Source: an uncultured Prevotellaceae bacterium
GTDB lineage: Bacteria; Bacteroidota; Bacteroidia; Bacteroidales; Bacteroidaceae
Length of the DNA: 64,000 nucleotides
Direction of reading: 5' to 3'
Assembly (NCBI GenBank): GCA_902795605.1
Contig: CADBLU010000065.1
Span: forward strand, 2,157-66,156
The notes below the pieces were generated by a model. It worked only from the letters and a program-made list of their open reading frames with translations, was not told the origin of the DNA and ran no database searches. The translations under genes were made by a program, and so were the position numbers. Positions 30,501 to 40,395 of this stretch are shown here, one piece after another (the stretch's first letter is position 1; every line of letters starts with the position of its first letter).

Positions 30501-31905
30501 TGAACGACTCTTTGTCGTAGAACCCGTCGATGTTGATGTTGTTGTAGGTGTGGTTGTTGAAATCGAGCCTTCTCACGTTGCCCTTGGCCAAGAGCGACAT
30601 CTGCCGCCCTATAGGCAGCGTGCCGTCGAGGTCGATGGTCGTGGCGACGGTGCCCACAGGGCTGTCGCTGACGAAGGCTTTCACGTCCACCCCGTCGGTG
30701 TTGATGTGTGCCGTGAGGTGCTGCTCCTTGAGACCGAGCATGAGGTCCATCTTCCCGGCGTCGGTGCTCAGCAGTCCCTTCATGGCGTATTCGTTGCCGT
30801 CGCTGCCCACCTCGCCCACATATTCCACACGGCCGAGATTGGCGACAGACGGGGGGAGTGTCAGGCGGGTGCCTGTCATCTGGGCGATTTCCTGCACAGC
30901 CGATGCCCTCACGCTAAGGTTGCCGATGCGGAAGAACCACACTGGCTTCTTGTCCGTCCAACTCACCAGACCGTTGGTCGTGAGCCTCAGGTCGTCGCCC
31001 GACGTCACCTGGAGGTTGCCTACATCCACTTGGTCGGAGGTGCCTGAGATTTTTGCGGAAAGGTTGAAACTCTTGTCCGACTCCCTCATTTTGGGAAAGA
31101 CAAAGGCCAGGTCGGATGATTTCAGTGCAGCCTCTTGCAGTTGCACGCGGTATTTGAGCGTCTTGGTGTCGATGTCGCCGTCGGTGAACAGGTAGGTGGC
31201 CTCGAGCGTGTCGGCTTGCAGTCGGCTCTGGGGAAGGGTGATGCTGAGGTCGCTGATGAGTGCGTGCTGCTTGTTGGCTTGCAGGTCGAGAGATAGGCGG
31301 CGCAGGTCGAGGCCGGAGGCTTCTTTCATCGACACACGCTTCACTTTCAGATCTATCTTGTCGTCGGTGAGCCGGTAGAGCATGACGTGGGTGCTGAGGT
31401 TGGTGATGTCGAGATGGTGTGGGGAAAGCTGGCCGGCCGACGGGGGAATGTCGAGCCTGTCGTATTTGACCGCTCCGTTTCTCACTATCAGCGAGTTGAT
31501 GTTCAGGTCGAGCGGCTTCTTCTCTTCTTTCTCTTCGCTCTTGAGTGCGTCTATGGCAAACTGGAAATTGGCGGGCTGGTCGGCAGATTCCTTGTAGAGG
31601 AGCGCTTTCATGCCGAAAATCTGGGCGGAAGAGACGCTGATACGGCCTTTCAATAGCGGGGCGATGTCCACTTTGGCAGAGAGACGCGAGGCGGTGAGCA
31701 TTTTCTTGTCTTTCTGGTCGTAGAGCTCAAAATCATCGATGACGACCCGGTTGAGAAATCCCACATTGACTTTGCCCACCGACACTCTCGTGTGCAGTTT
31801 CTCGCTGATGGCCTCGGCTGTTTTTTGGCCGATATATCCCTGTACGGCTGGGATGTGCAGCAGTATAAAGAGGGCAGCGATGGTGCCGATGAGCAACCAT
31901 AGCAA
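27502..31905 (-). CDS. tamB: Translocation/assembly module TamB-domain protein
   Basis: 1467 aa, N-terminal anchor, beta-rich body, C-terminal TamB tail (LLDNRLLINGEFGYRDN...TQGVGL). True start is probably upstream of 31905. Confidence 0.85.
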   Translation of the reverse strand: MLWLLIGTIAALFILLHIPAVQGYIGQKTAEAISEKLHTRVSVGKVNVGFLNRVVIDDFELYDQKDKKMLTASRLSAKVDIAPLLKGRISVSSAQIFGMKALLYKESADQPANFQFAIDALKSEEKEEKKPLDLNINSLIVRNGAVKYDRLDIPPSAGQLSPHHLDITNLSTHVMLYRLTDDKIDLKVKRVSMKEASGLDLRRLSLDLQANKQHALISDLSITLPQSRLQADTLEATYLFTDGDIDTKTLKYRVQLQEAALKSSDLAFVFPKMRESDKSFNLSAKISGTSDQVDVGNLQVTSGDDLRLTTNGLVSWTDKKPVWFFRIGNLSVRASAVQEIAQMTGTRLTLPPSVANLGRVEYVGEVGSDGNEYAMKGLLSTDAGKMDLMLGLKEQHLTAHINTDGVDVKAFVSDSPVGTVATTIDLDGTLPIGRQMSLLAKGNVRRLDFNNHTYNNINIDGFYDKESFKGIIGIDDALGQLNLDGQFNLSAASPSAKLKASARHFNPEALGLTSQLPGHVFDFDLSTDVAGSNLKDLKGIVDIQQFSLQAPGKSYHLSELHIDADNQSAEKHVILQSDFGEVRLDGQYDIEHIPDGILSIISSKLPTLPILSRNLHKGHNNYSFTADIDRSDWLHQLTDLNININSPLHISGHVDDDKETIDLTCFAPSVEYNDGDYRDIDIQVTTLRDTIHTNASLVKMQDDGKRFDLSLTSTASGNELTTNLKFNNHGRKQSLKGDLSATTDFYLDALSRKTAHVRMNHSQIFVNNMPWDVEPSDLQLAKGHIIIDDFTIKNGDQHIIIAGSLTDNPNDTIHVDLNQLDASFLSSILHVRGVDFGGRITGNAFLASFHDSPSAKADLYIDNFQFVDGRLGDMRLNASWEKQANKIEFNGIALDGDQGKTDIDGFVALSPGELNIDIQAQGTPLLFLKRFCGSFMDDIAARVDGNVRIFGPLSNINMEGKVVGNGDISLSSLNTVYTMRNDTVTLIPDHIIFDADSIYDREGHRAIVNGSVDHRHLGNFTFDLDIQADNLLAYDFKEFGDDTFCGTVYATGDCHIKGVSGEVSIDVDATPQKNTVFYYNAASPEILSRQDFIQWNDITPEAIDYSYLPSASKSAPLVADDTDETEEDDYDIPSNLRMNFNINATPDAALRLLMDTESGDFIELHGSGALRASYFNKGAFNLFGNYLVDHGIYKLTIQNIIKKDFQFQRGGTIVFGGNPYDAALDLKAQYAVNGVSLSDLNIGQSFTNNIRVNCIMNITGTPNQPAVDFDLEMPTVNADAQQMVRSIINSEEELNQQVIYLLAIGKFYNQNANAISEDGQSQTSLAMQSLLSGTISQQINNVLSGLIKNNNWNFGANISTGNEGFNNAEYEGLLSGRLLDNRLLINGEFGYRDNPNATTSFIGDFDIQYLLYPNGNLAVKVYNQTNDRYFIKNSLNTQGVGLIMKKDFNGWRELVGRRKKEKTIIQK

Positions 31906-32074
31906 TGTGCTTATTATAGGGCGTAAGAACTTAATAGTCTGTCGTTTTATCCTTCAACGTCAGAGGTTGTGGCCTCGTTAGCCTACAAAATTAAGCAATA
32001 ATGTTCAAACAGACAATTTTTTAGGCTTTTTTATGATGAGTAGACGTCTGTGGCAAAGGATAAGATGCCGTCTC

Positions 32075-32548
32075 TCAAGAGAACACCAAAGTGCCTAATT
32101 TTTGTGCGAGCCAAACGAGGATCCAAGCCATGACGGCGATGGCGGCGATGGTGACGACGAGCGTGGCCGCCGACCACCATGCCTTGCGGCGCACCTCGTG
32201 CACGATGGCGGGGTCGTCGTTGATGTATCCGTCGATGAGTTTCATGTTCTTGGCATGCGCCTTGTTGAGGAAGTCAATGATGCCACCAACAAAGAAAGGC
32301 AGCATGCCCATGAGCACGTCACGCATCACGTTGTTGAGGATAGCGAGAGTCAGCGGGAGGGAGCGCAGTCTGAACATGCAGAAATAGACATGGACGAGCG
32401 CGAATGCCGACGTCACCATGTCGCCCAGTCCGCCGGGCACGAGCCCGGCGAAACCGTCAAGATAGTATTGGTCCATGTAGAGCGTCACCTTCCGCATCAG
32501 GCGGTAACTGCCTGATGCCTTCAGTTGCTCTTTTCTCTCCTCGTTCAA
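32075..32548 (-). CDS. DUF4112-like membrane protein
   Basis: MDQYYLDGFAGLVPGGLGD, GMLPFFVG..IDF..KA..KN pattern. Confidence 0.7.
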   Translation of the reverse strand: MNEERKEQLKASGSYRLMRKVTLYMDQYYLDGFAGLVPGGLGDMVTSAFALVHVYFCMFRLRSLPLTLAILNNVMRDVLMGMLPFFVGGIIDFLNKAHAKNMKLIDGYINDDPAIVHEVRRKAWWSAATLVVTIAAIAVMAWILVWLAQKLGTLVFS

Positions 32549-32566
32549 GATGTGTGCGGTCTGTTA

Positions 32567-32869
32567 TTATTTGCGCAGGTTCCACTCCAGGGTGAAATCA
32601 TTGCCTTCGTCGGCCACGTCGAGGTCGTAGACCACCTCTGTCGAGTCGTTGATATGTCCGCGCAGTTCTCCTTTGAAGTTGTCACCGGTGGTCTGATTGA
32701 GGAAAATGGTGTCGACGGTCAGCACATTGCCGCTGTCTTTTTGCTCGGCGACCACCGACTCGGTGAAGCTCTTATAGAGTTTGTCCACATCCACGACTTT
32801 CTTGCAGGCCTGGAAGGAGAGCAGTGCCATCAGGGCGCAGGCCACTAAAATGATTCTTTTGCTTTTCAT
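32567..32869 (-). CDS. Small hypothetical lipoprotein
   Basis: MKSKR...LSFQAC lipobox followed by KK. Confidence 0.7.
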   Translation of the reverse strand: MKSKRIILVACALMALLSFQACKKVVDVDKLYKSFTESVVAEQKDSGNVLTVDTIFLNQTTGDNFKGELRGHINDSTEVVYDLDVADEGNDFTLEWNLRK

Positions 32870-32909
32870 GTTATAGCAGTTGTTTAACGGATTGGCGTAA
32901 TGATTTTTG

Positions 32910-33335
32910 CTACAGATACTTCTTGATGGCGTCAATCAGCGACTGGTATTCCTCGTCGGAGAGGTAGACCTGGCCGGGATTCATCTGGAACGTGCCGCCG
33001 TAGTCGGGGCCGTCGACATACTTGGGTGCGAGATGGAAATGCAGGTGACTCAACTTGTCGCTGTATGCACCGTAGTTGATTTTCTCTGGGTTGAAAGCCT
33101 TCTGCATGGCACGGGTCACCTGTGCCACATCGGCCATGAAGGCGTCGCGCTGCTCGTCCGACAGTTCGTTGAGGTCGTTGACATGACCGTTGTATGCCAC
33201 GAGGCAACGGCCGCGGTAGGTCTGTTCCTTGAAAAGGAAAGCACGTGAGACACGCAGTTCGGCAAACTGGATCATCAGGTTGTGGAGTGTCTCGTTGTTG
33301 GTGCAGTAAAGGCATTCAGCAGGATTGCTATACAT
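32910..33335 (-). CDS. HIT-family protein
   Basis: CLYC, KINYG, HLHFH triad. Confidence 0.88.
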   Translation of the reverse strand: MYSNPAECLYCTNNETLHNLMIQFAELRVSRAFLFKEQTYRGRCLVAYNGHVNDLNELSDEQRDAFMADVAQVTRAMQKAFNPEKINYGAYSDKLSHLHFHLAPKYVDGPDYGGTFQMNPGQVYLSDEEYQSLIDAIKKYL

Positions 33336-33588
33336 AATGATTTGGTTTTTGTGATAGAATAGAATTGTTGAGTTTGTTGCCGCAAAGATAATGCAAAACG
33401 GGCACAATGCAAAAAAATCGGGGATTTTATTTCCCATTACGGCCATTTCCGGGTGGTATAGGGCTTTTGTGTATGCTTTTGTGTCGCTTTTTGACATTTT
33501 TGCCCATTACTTTTCCCTCAACTTGAAAAAAAATATTAATTTTGCAAAATATTAAGTATCGATACAATCATCAACTATTTTTAACAAT

Positions 33589-34941
33589 ATGGCTAATGTA
33601 ATAAGATTACGGAAAGGCCTTGACATTCATCTCAAGGGCGAGCCCGCCAAGACACAGATGAGCGTGAAAGCCTCGGCAGAGTATGCCTTGGTGCCCGAGG
33701 ATTTCATCGGTGTCATGCCCAAGGTGGTGGTTCGCGAGGGAGATAAGGTCAAGGCTGGAGATATCTTGTTCGTCAACAAGAAATCTCCGCAAGTAGGATT
33801 TGCATCTCCTGTCAGTGGCGTTGTGTCGGCGGTCGTCCGCGGTGACCGCAGGAAGTTGCTCTGTGTGAAGGTGAAGGCCGATGCAGAGCAGGCATTCCGC
33901 GATTTCGGCATGAAAGATCCCTCATCTTTGGATGGTGCCTCAGTGGTGTCTTCTCTTCTTGAGGGCGGGCTTTTCGGTTATATCAACCAGTTGCCCTATG
34001 CAGTGTCTGCCACTCCCGAGGTCATGCCCAAGGCGATTTTTGTGAGCGCATTCCGAGACATGCCCCTCACGGCGGATTTCGACGTCGAGCTTGAAGACAA
34101 TGAGAAATTCTTCCAGGCAGGACTCACCGCCCTCTCTCGTGTGGCGAAGACCTATTTAGGGCTGAGTGCCTCGCAGTCATCGGGTGTGCTGAGCGGCATG
34201 AAGGATGTCGAGATCAATGTCTTCGACGGTCCCTGTCCGGCAGGCAATGTGGGTGTCCAGGTCAATCACTTGGCTCCCGTGAACAAAGGTGAGGTGGTGT
34301 GGACGGTAGATCCTACCGCTGTGATTTTCTTCGGCAGACTGTTCTTGAACGGTAAGGTCGACTTGCGGCGTACCATCGCCCTCGGCGGAAGCGAGATGAG
34401 CAATCCCTGCTATGTCGCTGTCACCGTGGGACAGCCTTTTGCCGACGTGCTCGCCGGCCATTTCACTGCCCGCGACCATGTGCGCCTCATCAACGGCAAT
34501 CCCCTGACGGGCCGCAAAGCTTCCATGGAGGGATATGTAGGCGGTCACACATCGGAGATAACCGCCATCCCCGAAGGAGACGACTGTGATGAGATCTTAG
34601 GTTGGATCATGCCCCGCACGAAGGAGTTCTCTGCCAACCGCAGCTATTTCTCATGGCTCTTTGGCAAGAGCAAGGAGTATGTGCTTGACGCCCGTGTGAA
34701 GGGTGGCGAGCGTCATATGATTATGAGTGGCGAATACGACAGCGTGTTCCCCATGGACATCTATCCCGAGTATCTGATCAAGGCCATCATCGCCGGTAAT
34801 ATCGACAAGATGGAGCAGTTGGGCATCTATGAGGTGGCGCCGGAGGACTTCGCTCTGGCCGAGTTCGTTGATTCCTCGAAGCTGGAACTGCAACGTATTG
34901 TGCGTGAGGGACTTGATATGTTGAGGAAAGAGAATGCATAA
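33589..34941 (+). CDS. nqrA: Na+-translocating NADH:quinone reductase subunit A
   Basis: IRLRKGLDI, GPCPAGNVG, LEEVAPED-like tail (YEVAPEDFAL); first gene of a complete operon. Confidence 0.95.
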   Translation: MANVIRLRKGLDIHLKGEPAKTQMSVKASAEYALVPEDFIGVMPKVVVREGDKVKAGDILFVNKKSPQVGFASPVSGVVSAVVRGDRRKLLCVKVKADAEQAFRDFGMKDPSSLDGASVVSSLLEGGLFGYINQLPYAVSATPEVMPKAIFVSAFRDMPLTADFDVELEDNEKFFQAGLTALSRVAKTYLGLSASQSSGVLSGMKDVEINVFDGPCPAGNVGVQVNHLAPVNKGEVVWTVDPTAVIFFGRLFLNGKVDLRRTIALGGSEMSNPCYVAVTVGQPFADVLAGHFTARDHVRLINGNPLTGRKASMEGYVGGHTSEITAIPEGDDCDEILGWIMPRTKEFSANRSYFSWLFGKSKEYVLDARVKGGERHMIMSGEYDSVFPMDIYPEYLIKAIIAGNIDKMEQLGIYEVAPEDFALAEFVDSSKLELQRIVREGLDMLRKENA

Positions 34942-34962
34942 TTTGTTTAATACAGTTATATT

Positions 34963-36120
34963 ATGTCATTGAGAAGTTATTTAAACAAGATAAAGCCTTC
35001 TTTCGAGGAAGGTGGAAAATGGCATGCCTTCAAGAGTGTGTTCGACGGATTTGAGACATTTCTCTATGTCCCCAACACGACGTCGCGCAGTGGCGCTCAC
35101 ATCCACGACGCGATCGACTCCAAGCGCATTATGAGTATGGTAGTGATCGCCCTCATACCTGCAATGCTCTTCGGCATGTATAATGTGGGCTATCAGAACT
35201 ATAAGGCTGCCGGCACCTTAGCGGAAGCCGGCTTCTTCAGTATCTTCTTTTACGGATTCTTAGCCGTTCTTCCCAAAATCCTTGTCAGTTATATCGTAGG
35301 ACTGACGATAGAGTTTATCTGGGCTCAGTGGAAGGGCGAGGAGATCCAGGAAGGTTATCTCGTGTCGGGCATCCTTATCCCGCTGATTGTGCCGGTGGGC
35401 TGTCCGTTGTGGATTCTGGCTATCGCTTGTGCCTTTGCGGTGATTTTCGCCAAGGAGATATTCGGCGGTACAGGTATGAACATCTTCAACGTGGCACTCG
35501 TCACCCGTGCCTTCCTCTTCTTCTCCTATCCTCAGAAGATGAGCGGCGACACAGTGTGGATTGCCACCGACAAGATTTTCGGTCTTGGCAACACCCTGCC
35601 CGACGGATTCACGTCGGCCACGCCGCTGGCCCAGATTGGCCAGGGAGGCGAGGTGGAGGCAAGTCTCTGCGACATGATCACTGGCTTCATCCCCGGTTCG
35701 ATAGGCGAGACGAGCGTCATCGCTATTGCCCTTGGCGCGTTGCTGCTGCTCTGGACGGGCATTGCCTCGTGGAAGACGATGCTGAGCGTCTTTGTCGGCG
35801 GAGGTGTGATGGCAGCCATCTTCAGTGCTGCCGGCATGACTCCCATTCCCTTCTATGAGCATCTGATCTTAGGCGGTTTCGCCTTTGGTGCCGTGTTTAT
35901 GGCCACCGACCCTGTGACGAGTGCCCGCACCGAATGCGGAAAATGGATTTATGGCCTGCTCATCGGCGTGATGGCCGTCATCATCCGTGTGATGAACCCC
36001 GGCTATCCCGAGGGAATGATGCTTGCCATCCTCTTCATGAATATGTTTGCTCCTCTCATCGACCACTGTGTGGTGCAGCGCAATGTGTCGAAGCGTATGA
36101 ATCGTCTAACCAATAAATGA
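34963..36120 (+). CDS. nqrB: Na+-NQR subunit B
   Basis: HIHDAIDSKR, EIFGGTG, DGFTSATPL (FMN site), PGSIGETS. Confidence 0.95.
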   Translation: MSLRSYLNKIKPSFEEGGKWHAFKSVFDGFETFLYVPNTTSRSGAHIHDAIDSKRIMSMVVIALIPAMLFGMYNVGYQNYKAAGTLAEAGFFSIFFYGFLAVLPKILVSYIVGLTIEFIWAQWKGEEIQEGYLVSGILIPLIVPVGCPLWILAIACAFAVIFAKEIFGGTGMNIFNVALVTRAFLFFSYPQKMSGDTVWIATDKIFGLGNTLPDGFTSATPLAQIGQGGEVEASLCDMITGFIPGSIGETSVIAIALGALLLLWTGIASWKTMLSVFVGGGVMAAIFSAAGMTPIPFYEHLILGGFAFGAVFMATDPVTSARTECGKWIYGLLIGVMAVIIRVMNPGYPEGMMLAILFMNMFAPLIDHCVVQRNVSKRMNRLTNK

Positions 36121-36127
36121 CACGGCC

Positions 36128-36865
36128 ATGGCAAATGAGACAAGAAAGGGTTTGAATACGAATTCAAACGTCTATACGATTGTTTATTCAGCCATCATGG
36201 TGATCATCGTGGCTTTCCTTCTCGCTTTTGTCTATCAGAGCCTGAAGGAGCGTCAGGACGCCAATGTGGCGCTGGATAAGAAGAAGCAGATACTCTACTC
36301 GCTCAATATCCGTGGGCTCAGCGACGAAGATGCCGCTGCCCGCTACAAGGAAGTGGTGCTGAGTGACGGCATCGTAGAGGGCGACCAGTTGCCTGCCGTC
36401 GCCGATGCCGCCGACAATGAGAGCACTGGTTTCAAGTTGGGCAGTGCCGACTACAAGGAAGGCAAGCTGGCCATCTTCACCTGTAAGGTGGACGGAGCCA
36501 TGAAATATGTGGTGCCTGTCTATGGCATGGGTCTTTGGGGACCTATCAGCGGCTATATCGCGCTCGACAGCGACTGTGAGACCGTCTACGGAGCCTATTT
36601 CAACCACGACAGCGAGACGGCCGGGCTGGGTGCCGAGATCAAGGACAGCCAGGCTTGGCAGGAGAAATTCATCGGCAAGAAGCTCTTCGCCGAGGGGACT
36701 GACGGCATCGCTCTCTCCGTGGAGAAGAACGTCACCGACCCGTCGACCCAGGTGGACGCCGTGACAGGTGCCACCCTGACCTCCAATGGTGTGAGAGACA
36801 TGCTCAAGGAGTGTCTCGGAAAATATGTGGACTTTTTCAAATCTCAGAAAAGTAAGGAGGAGTAA
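36128..36865 (+). CDS. nqrC: Na+-NQR subunit C
   Basis: GLWGPI, ETAGLG, VDAVTGATLTS (FMN site). Confidence 0.94.
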   Translation: MANETRKGLNTNSNVYTIVYSAIMVIIVAFLLAFVYQSLKERQDANVALDKKKQILYSLNIRGLSDEDAAARYKEVVLSDGIVEGDQLPAVADAADNESTGFKLGSADYKEGKLAIFTCKVDGAMKYVVPVYGMGLWGPISGYIALDSDCETVYGAYFNHDSETAGLGAEIKDSQAWQEKFIGKKLFAEGTDGIALSVEKNVTDPSTQVDAVTGATLTSNGVRDMLKECLGKYVDFFKSQKSKEE

Positions 36866-36871
36866 ATAGTT

Positions 36872-37501
36872 ATGAGCAACCTATTTTCAAAAGAGAACAA
36901 GACGGCTTTTCTCAAGCCATTGAATCTCGACCATCCGATATTGATACAGGTCTTGGGCATCTGCTCCGCACTTGCCGTGACCTCACAACTCAAGCCGGCC
37001 ATTGTGATGGGACTTGCTGTCACCATCATAACCGCATTCGCCAATGTCATCATCTCTGTCATCCGCAACACCATCCCCAACCGCATCCGAATCATCGTGC
37101 AGCTGGTGGTAGTGGCCACGCTCGTGACTATCGTGAGCCAGGTGCTCAAGGCTTTCGCCTATGACGTGAGTGTGCAGCTGTCGGTCTATGTGGGACTGAT
37201 CATCACCAACTGTATCCTGATGGGCCGCCTCGAGGCTTTCGCCATGATGAACAAGCCTTGGCCCAGTTTCCTCGACGGTGTGGGCAACGGTCTGGGCTAT
37301 GCGCTCATCCTCGTGATTGTGGGTGGTGTGCGCGAGTTGCTGGGCCGTGGCTCTCTCTTGGGCTTCCAGCTGATTCCGCAGTCGGCCTATGACGCCGGCT
37401 ACATCAACAACGGCATGATGACCATGCCTGCCATGGCGCTGATTCTTCTGGGATGTGTGATTTGGATTCACAGAGCATATTTTTATAAGGAGGAGAAATA
37501 A
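36872..37501 (+). CDS. nqrD: Na+-NQR subunit D
   Basis: [24 protein letters not shown]. Confidence 0.95.
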   Translation: MSNLFSKENKTAFLKPLNLDHPILIQVLGICSALAVTSQLKPAIVMGLAVTIITAFANVIISVIRNTIPNRIRIIVQLVVVATLVTIVSQVLKAFAYDVSVQLSVYVGLIITNCILMGRLEAFAMMNKPWPSFLDGVGNGLGYALILVIVGGVRELLGRGSLLGFQLIPQSAYDAGYINNGMMTMPAMALILLGCVIWIHRAYFYKEEK

Positions 37502-37503
37502 TT

Positions 37504-38130
37504 ATGGAACACCTCATCAGTTTGTTTTTCAGGTCGATTTTCGTCGACAACATGATATTTGCGTTCTTCCTCGGCATGTGCTCGTTCCTTGCCGTCTCCA
37601 AGAACGTCAAGACATCGCTCGGACTTGGCTTGGCAGTCACCTTCGTGCTTCTTGTCACCGTGCCTGTAGACTATCTGCTTCAGACCAAGGTGCTGGGTCC
37701 CGACTGCCTCATTGAGGGGGTAGACCTCTCTTATCTCAGTTTCATCCTCTTCATCGCCGTCATCGCTGGCATGGTGCAACTTGTGGAGATGACTGTCGAG
37801 AAGTATTCTCCCTCACTCTATGCGGCATTGGGCATCTTCCTTCCGCTTATCGCCGTCAACTGCGCCATCATGGGAGCCTCGCTGTTTATGCAGCAGCGCA
37901 TCAACCTCGACCCCTCCAATTCGCAGTACATCGGTTCGCTGGTCGACGCTCTCGTCTATGCCTTTGGCAGCGGTATCGGCTGGACCCTCGCCATCGTGGC
38001 CATGGGTGCCATCCGAGAGAAGATGGAGTATAGCGACGTGCCTGAGCCGCTCCGCGGTCTTGGCATCACGTTCATCACCGTGGGCCTGATGGCCATGGCG
38101 ATGATGTGTTTCTCAGGTCTTAATATTTAA
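37504..38130 (+). CDS. nqrE: Na+-NQR subunit E
   Basis: [22 protein letters not shown]. Confidence 0.95.
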   Translation: MEHLISLFFRSIFVDNMIFAFFLGMCSFLAVSKNVKTSLGLGLAVTFVLLVTVPVDYLLQTKVLGPDCLIEGVDLSYLSFILFIAVIAGMVQLVEMTVEKYSPSLYAALGIFLPLIAVNCAIMGASLFMQQRINLDPSNSQYIGSLVDALVYAFGSGIGWTLAIVAMGAIREKMEYSDVPEPLRGLGITFITVGLMAMAMMCFSGLNI

Positions 38131-38148
38131 ATCAGGAGGATTCGCATT

Positions 38149-39414
38149 ATGAGTTTTATTTTAGCAAGTATAGGAGTATTCCTCGTGACGATTCTCCTTT
38201 TGGTCATTGTCCTGCTGGTGGCAAAGAACTATCTTTCGCCCAGCGGAAATGTGAATATTGAGATCAACGGCGACAAGACCATCTCGGTGGGGCAGGGCAG
38301 CAGCCTGATGACCACCCTGAATGAGAATGGTATCTTCCTGCCGTCGGCATGCGGCGGCAAGGCATCGTGCGGCCAGTGCAAGGTGCAGGTGCTTGAGGGC
38401 GGCGGTGAGATTCTCGACTCTGAGCGTCCGCATTTCACCCGCAAGGAAATCAAGGACCATTGGCGCCTCGGCTGCCAGTGCAAGGTGAAGGGCGACCTGA
38501 AGATCCGCGTGCCCGAGAGCGTGCTGGGTGTGAAGGAATGGGAGTGCACCGTCATTTCCAACAAGAATGTGTCGTCGTTTATCAAGGAGTTCATCGTTGC
38601 TCTGCCTCCGGGTGAGCACATGGACTTCATCCCCGGTTCGTATGCGCAGATCAAGATTCCTGCCTACGACTGCATCGACTACGACAAGGATTTCGACAAG
38701 GACGATATCGGTCCGGAGTATATCTCTTCGTGGGAGCGCTTCAATATCTTCTCACTGAAGGCCCACAACCCCGAGGCCACCATCCGTGCCTACTCCATGG
38801 CCAACTATCCTGCCGAGGGCGACCGCATCACGCTGACGGTGCGTATCGCCACCACGCCGTTTAAACCCAAGCCCGAGGTGGGATTCCAGGATGTGCCTAC
38901 GGGCATCGCCTCGTCGTACATCTTCTCGCGCAAGCCCGGCGACAAGGTGATTATGAGTGGTCCTTACGGTGATTTCCATCCCATCTTCGACTCCAAGAAG
39001 GAGATGATCTGGGTGGGTGGCGGCGCCGGCATGGCACCGTTGCGTGCACAGATCATGCACATGACGAAGACATTGCAGACACGCGACCGCGAGATGCATT
39101 TCTTCTATGGTGCCCGTGCATTGGTGGAGGCCTTCTTCATCGAGGACTTCCTGGCATTGGAAAAAGAGTTCCCCAACTTCCATTTCCATCTCGCCCTCGA
39201 CCGTCCCGACCCTGCCGCTGATGAGGCCGGTGTGAAATACACCGCAGGCTTTGTGCATCAGGTGATGTATGAGACCTACCTCAAAGACCATGAGGCTCCC
39301 GAGGACATCGAGTACTACATGTGCGGTCCTGGTCCCATGTCGAAAGCCGTTCAGGGAATGCTCGACTCGTTAGGTGTGGAACCCGAGTCGATCATGTTCG
39401 ACAATTTCGGATAG
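38149..39414 (+). CDS. nqrF: Na+-NQR subunit F
   Basis: 2Fe-2S SACGGKASCGQC, RAYSMAN, GGAGMAP, YYMCGP, FDNFG. Confidence 0.96.
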   Translation: MSFILASIGVFLVTILLLVIVLLVAKNYLSPSGNVNIEINGDKTISVGQGSSLMTTLNENGIFLPSACGGKASCGQCKVQVLEGGGEILDSERPHFTRKEIKDHWRLGCQCKVKGDLKIRVPESVLGVKEWECTVISNKNVSSFIKEFIVALPPGEHMDFIPGSYAQIKIPAYDCIDYDKDFDKDDIGPEYISSWERFNIFSLKAHNPEATIRAYSMANYPAEGDRITLTVRIATTPFKPKPEVGFQDVPTGIASSYIFSRKPGDKVIMSGPYGDFHPIFDSKKEMIWVGGGAGMAPLRAQIMHMTKTLQTRDREMHFFYGARALVEAFFIEDFLALEKEFPNFHFHLALDRPDPAADEAGVKYTAGFVHQVMYETYLKDHEAPEDIEYYMCGPGPMSKAVQGMLDSLGVEPESIMFDNFG

Positions 39415-39478
39415 ATCCTGCTCCGAATGGCTGTGATGCTGTTTGATATGGCATTCGCAGCATTTGGTCGTCAATGGG

Positions 39479-39522
39479 TGAGGATGTCGTGAGAAGTTTG
39501 CTTTTTGCGACATCCTCATTTT
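39479..39522 (+). terminator. Terminator after nqrF
   Basis: TGAGGATGTCG...CGACATCCTCA followed by TTTT. Confidence 0.6.
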
Positions 39523-39607
39523 GTTGAGAGTGACTGGCAATCCTTTTCTCTTTTTTCATATCACAATATCGCCCTTGCGGTTGACATGGCTTAAGCGCTT
39601 GACATTC

Positions 39608-40393
39608 ATGAGAAATATCCGCCAACATCTGATATGCATGTTATGGGTTGTCCTCTGCCCCACGATAATGGTGGCTCAGAGCGACTTCGGCTCGTCGCTG
39701 TCGGGAGAGGTGGAGAAGAAACTCGACAAAAAACTGACGGTAGGCATGCAACTGGAGTTGCGTATGCGTGACAACTCTACTGAGGTCGACCGTCTGTCGG
39801 CAGGGCTGAACGCCGATTACAAATGTCTGCCATGGCTGAAAGCCTCTGCCGGGGTCTCGTTTTTAGGCGATAATGTCAGGCGCATCTCCCACTATGATGA
39901 AAATGACAGGGATGTGCTGAAGGGCAAGGCAATGGTCGGCGACCGCAAGAACCTGCGTGAGTATTGGGGGGCCAGGTTGCGCGGCGATCTGTCGCTTACC
40001 GCTATCAGGCAGTTTGGGAATTTTCGCTTTTCGCTGCGTGAGAGATGGCAGTATACTTACCGTTTCCGTCGCTATGTGGAGGGCCGATACAATTATGTGT
40101 ACAAGAAGAGCGACATCGCCTACCGTATTTACCCTGCCAAGGGAAAGAACGAGCTCCGCAGCCGCCTTATGGTCAGTTATCGCAATTCTGCCTTGGCTTT
40201 GGAGCCTTATCTTGGCGCCGAGGTTTTCAATACAAGGGAGATAGAGAAAGTGCGCTATACAATAGGATTTTCCTATAAGATACACAAAGGCCGAACGATA
40301 GATGTATTTTATCGTTATCAGGATATGACAGACGAGAGTGACGACCACCCCGATGTTCATCTCATAGGTGTGGCTTATAAAATGAAATTCTGA
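39608..40393 (+). CDS. Outer-membrane beta-barrel, DUF2490-like
   Basis: Signal peptide, alternating beta-strand pattern, RERWQYT, C-terminal YKMKF. Confidence 0.7.
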   Translation: MRNIRQHLICMLWVVLCPTIMVAQSDFGSSLSGEVEKKLDKKLTVGMQLELRMRDNSTEVDRLSAGLNADYKCLPWLKASAGVSFLGDNVRRISHYDENDRDVLKGKAMVGDRKNLREYWGARLRGDLSLTAIRQFGNFRFSLRERWQYTYRFRRYVEGRYNYVYKKSDIAYRIYPAKGKNELRSRLMVSYRNSALALEPYLGAEVFNTREIEKVRYTIGFSYKIHKGRTIDVFYRYQDMTDESDDHPDVHLIGVAYKMKF

Positions 40394-40395
40394 CC

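Noticed and set aside
12129-31656. Antisense and alternate-frame ORFs over sbcC, the leu genes, nudC, the nucleotidase and tamB (e.g. 14265-15131, 18018-18902, 21561-22736, 28015-28995)
   Set aside because: Fully overlap well-supported genes and show shadow-frame composition.
33589-39414. nqr operon as unusual
   Set aside because: Complete, canonical nqrABCDEF typical of Bacteroidales.
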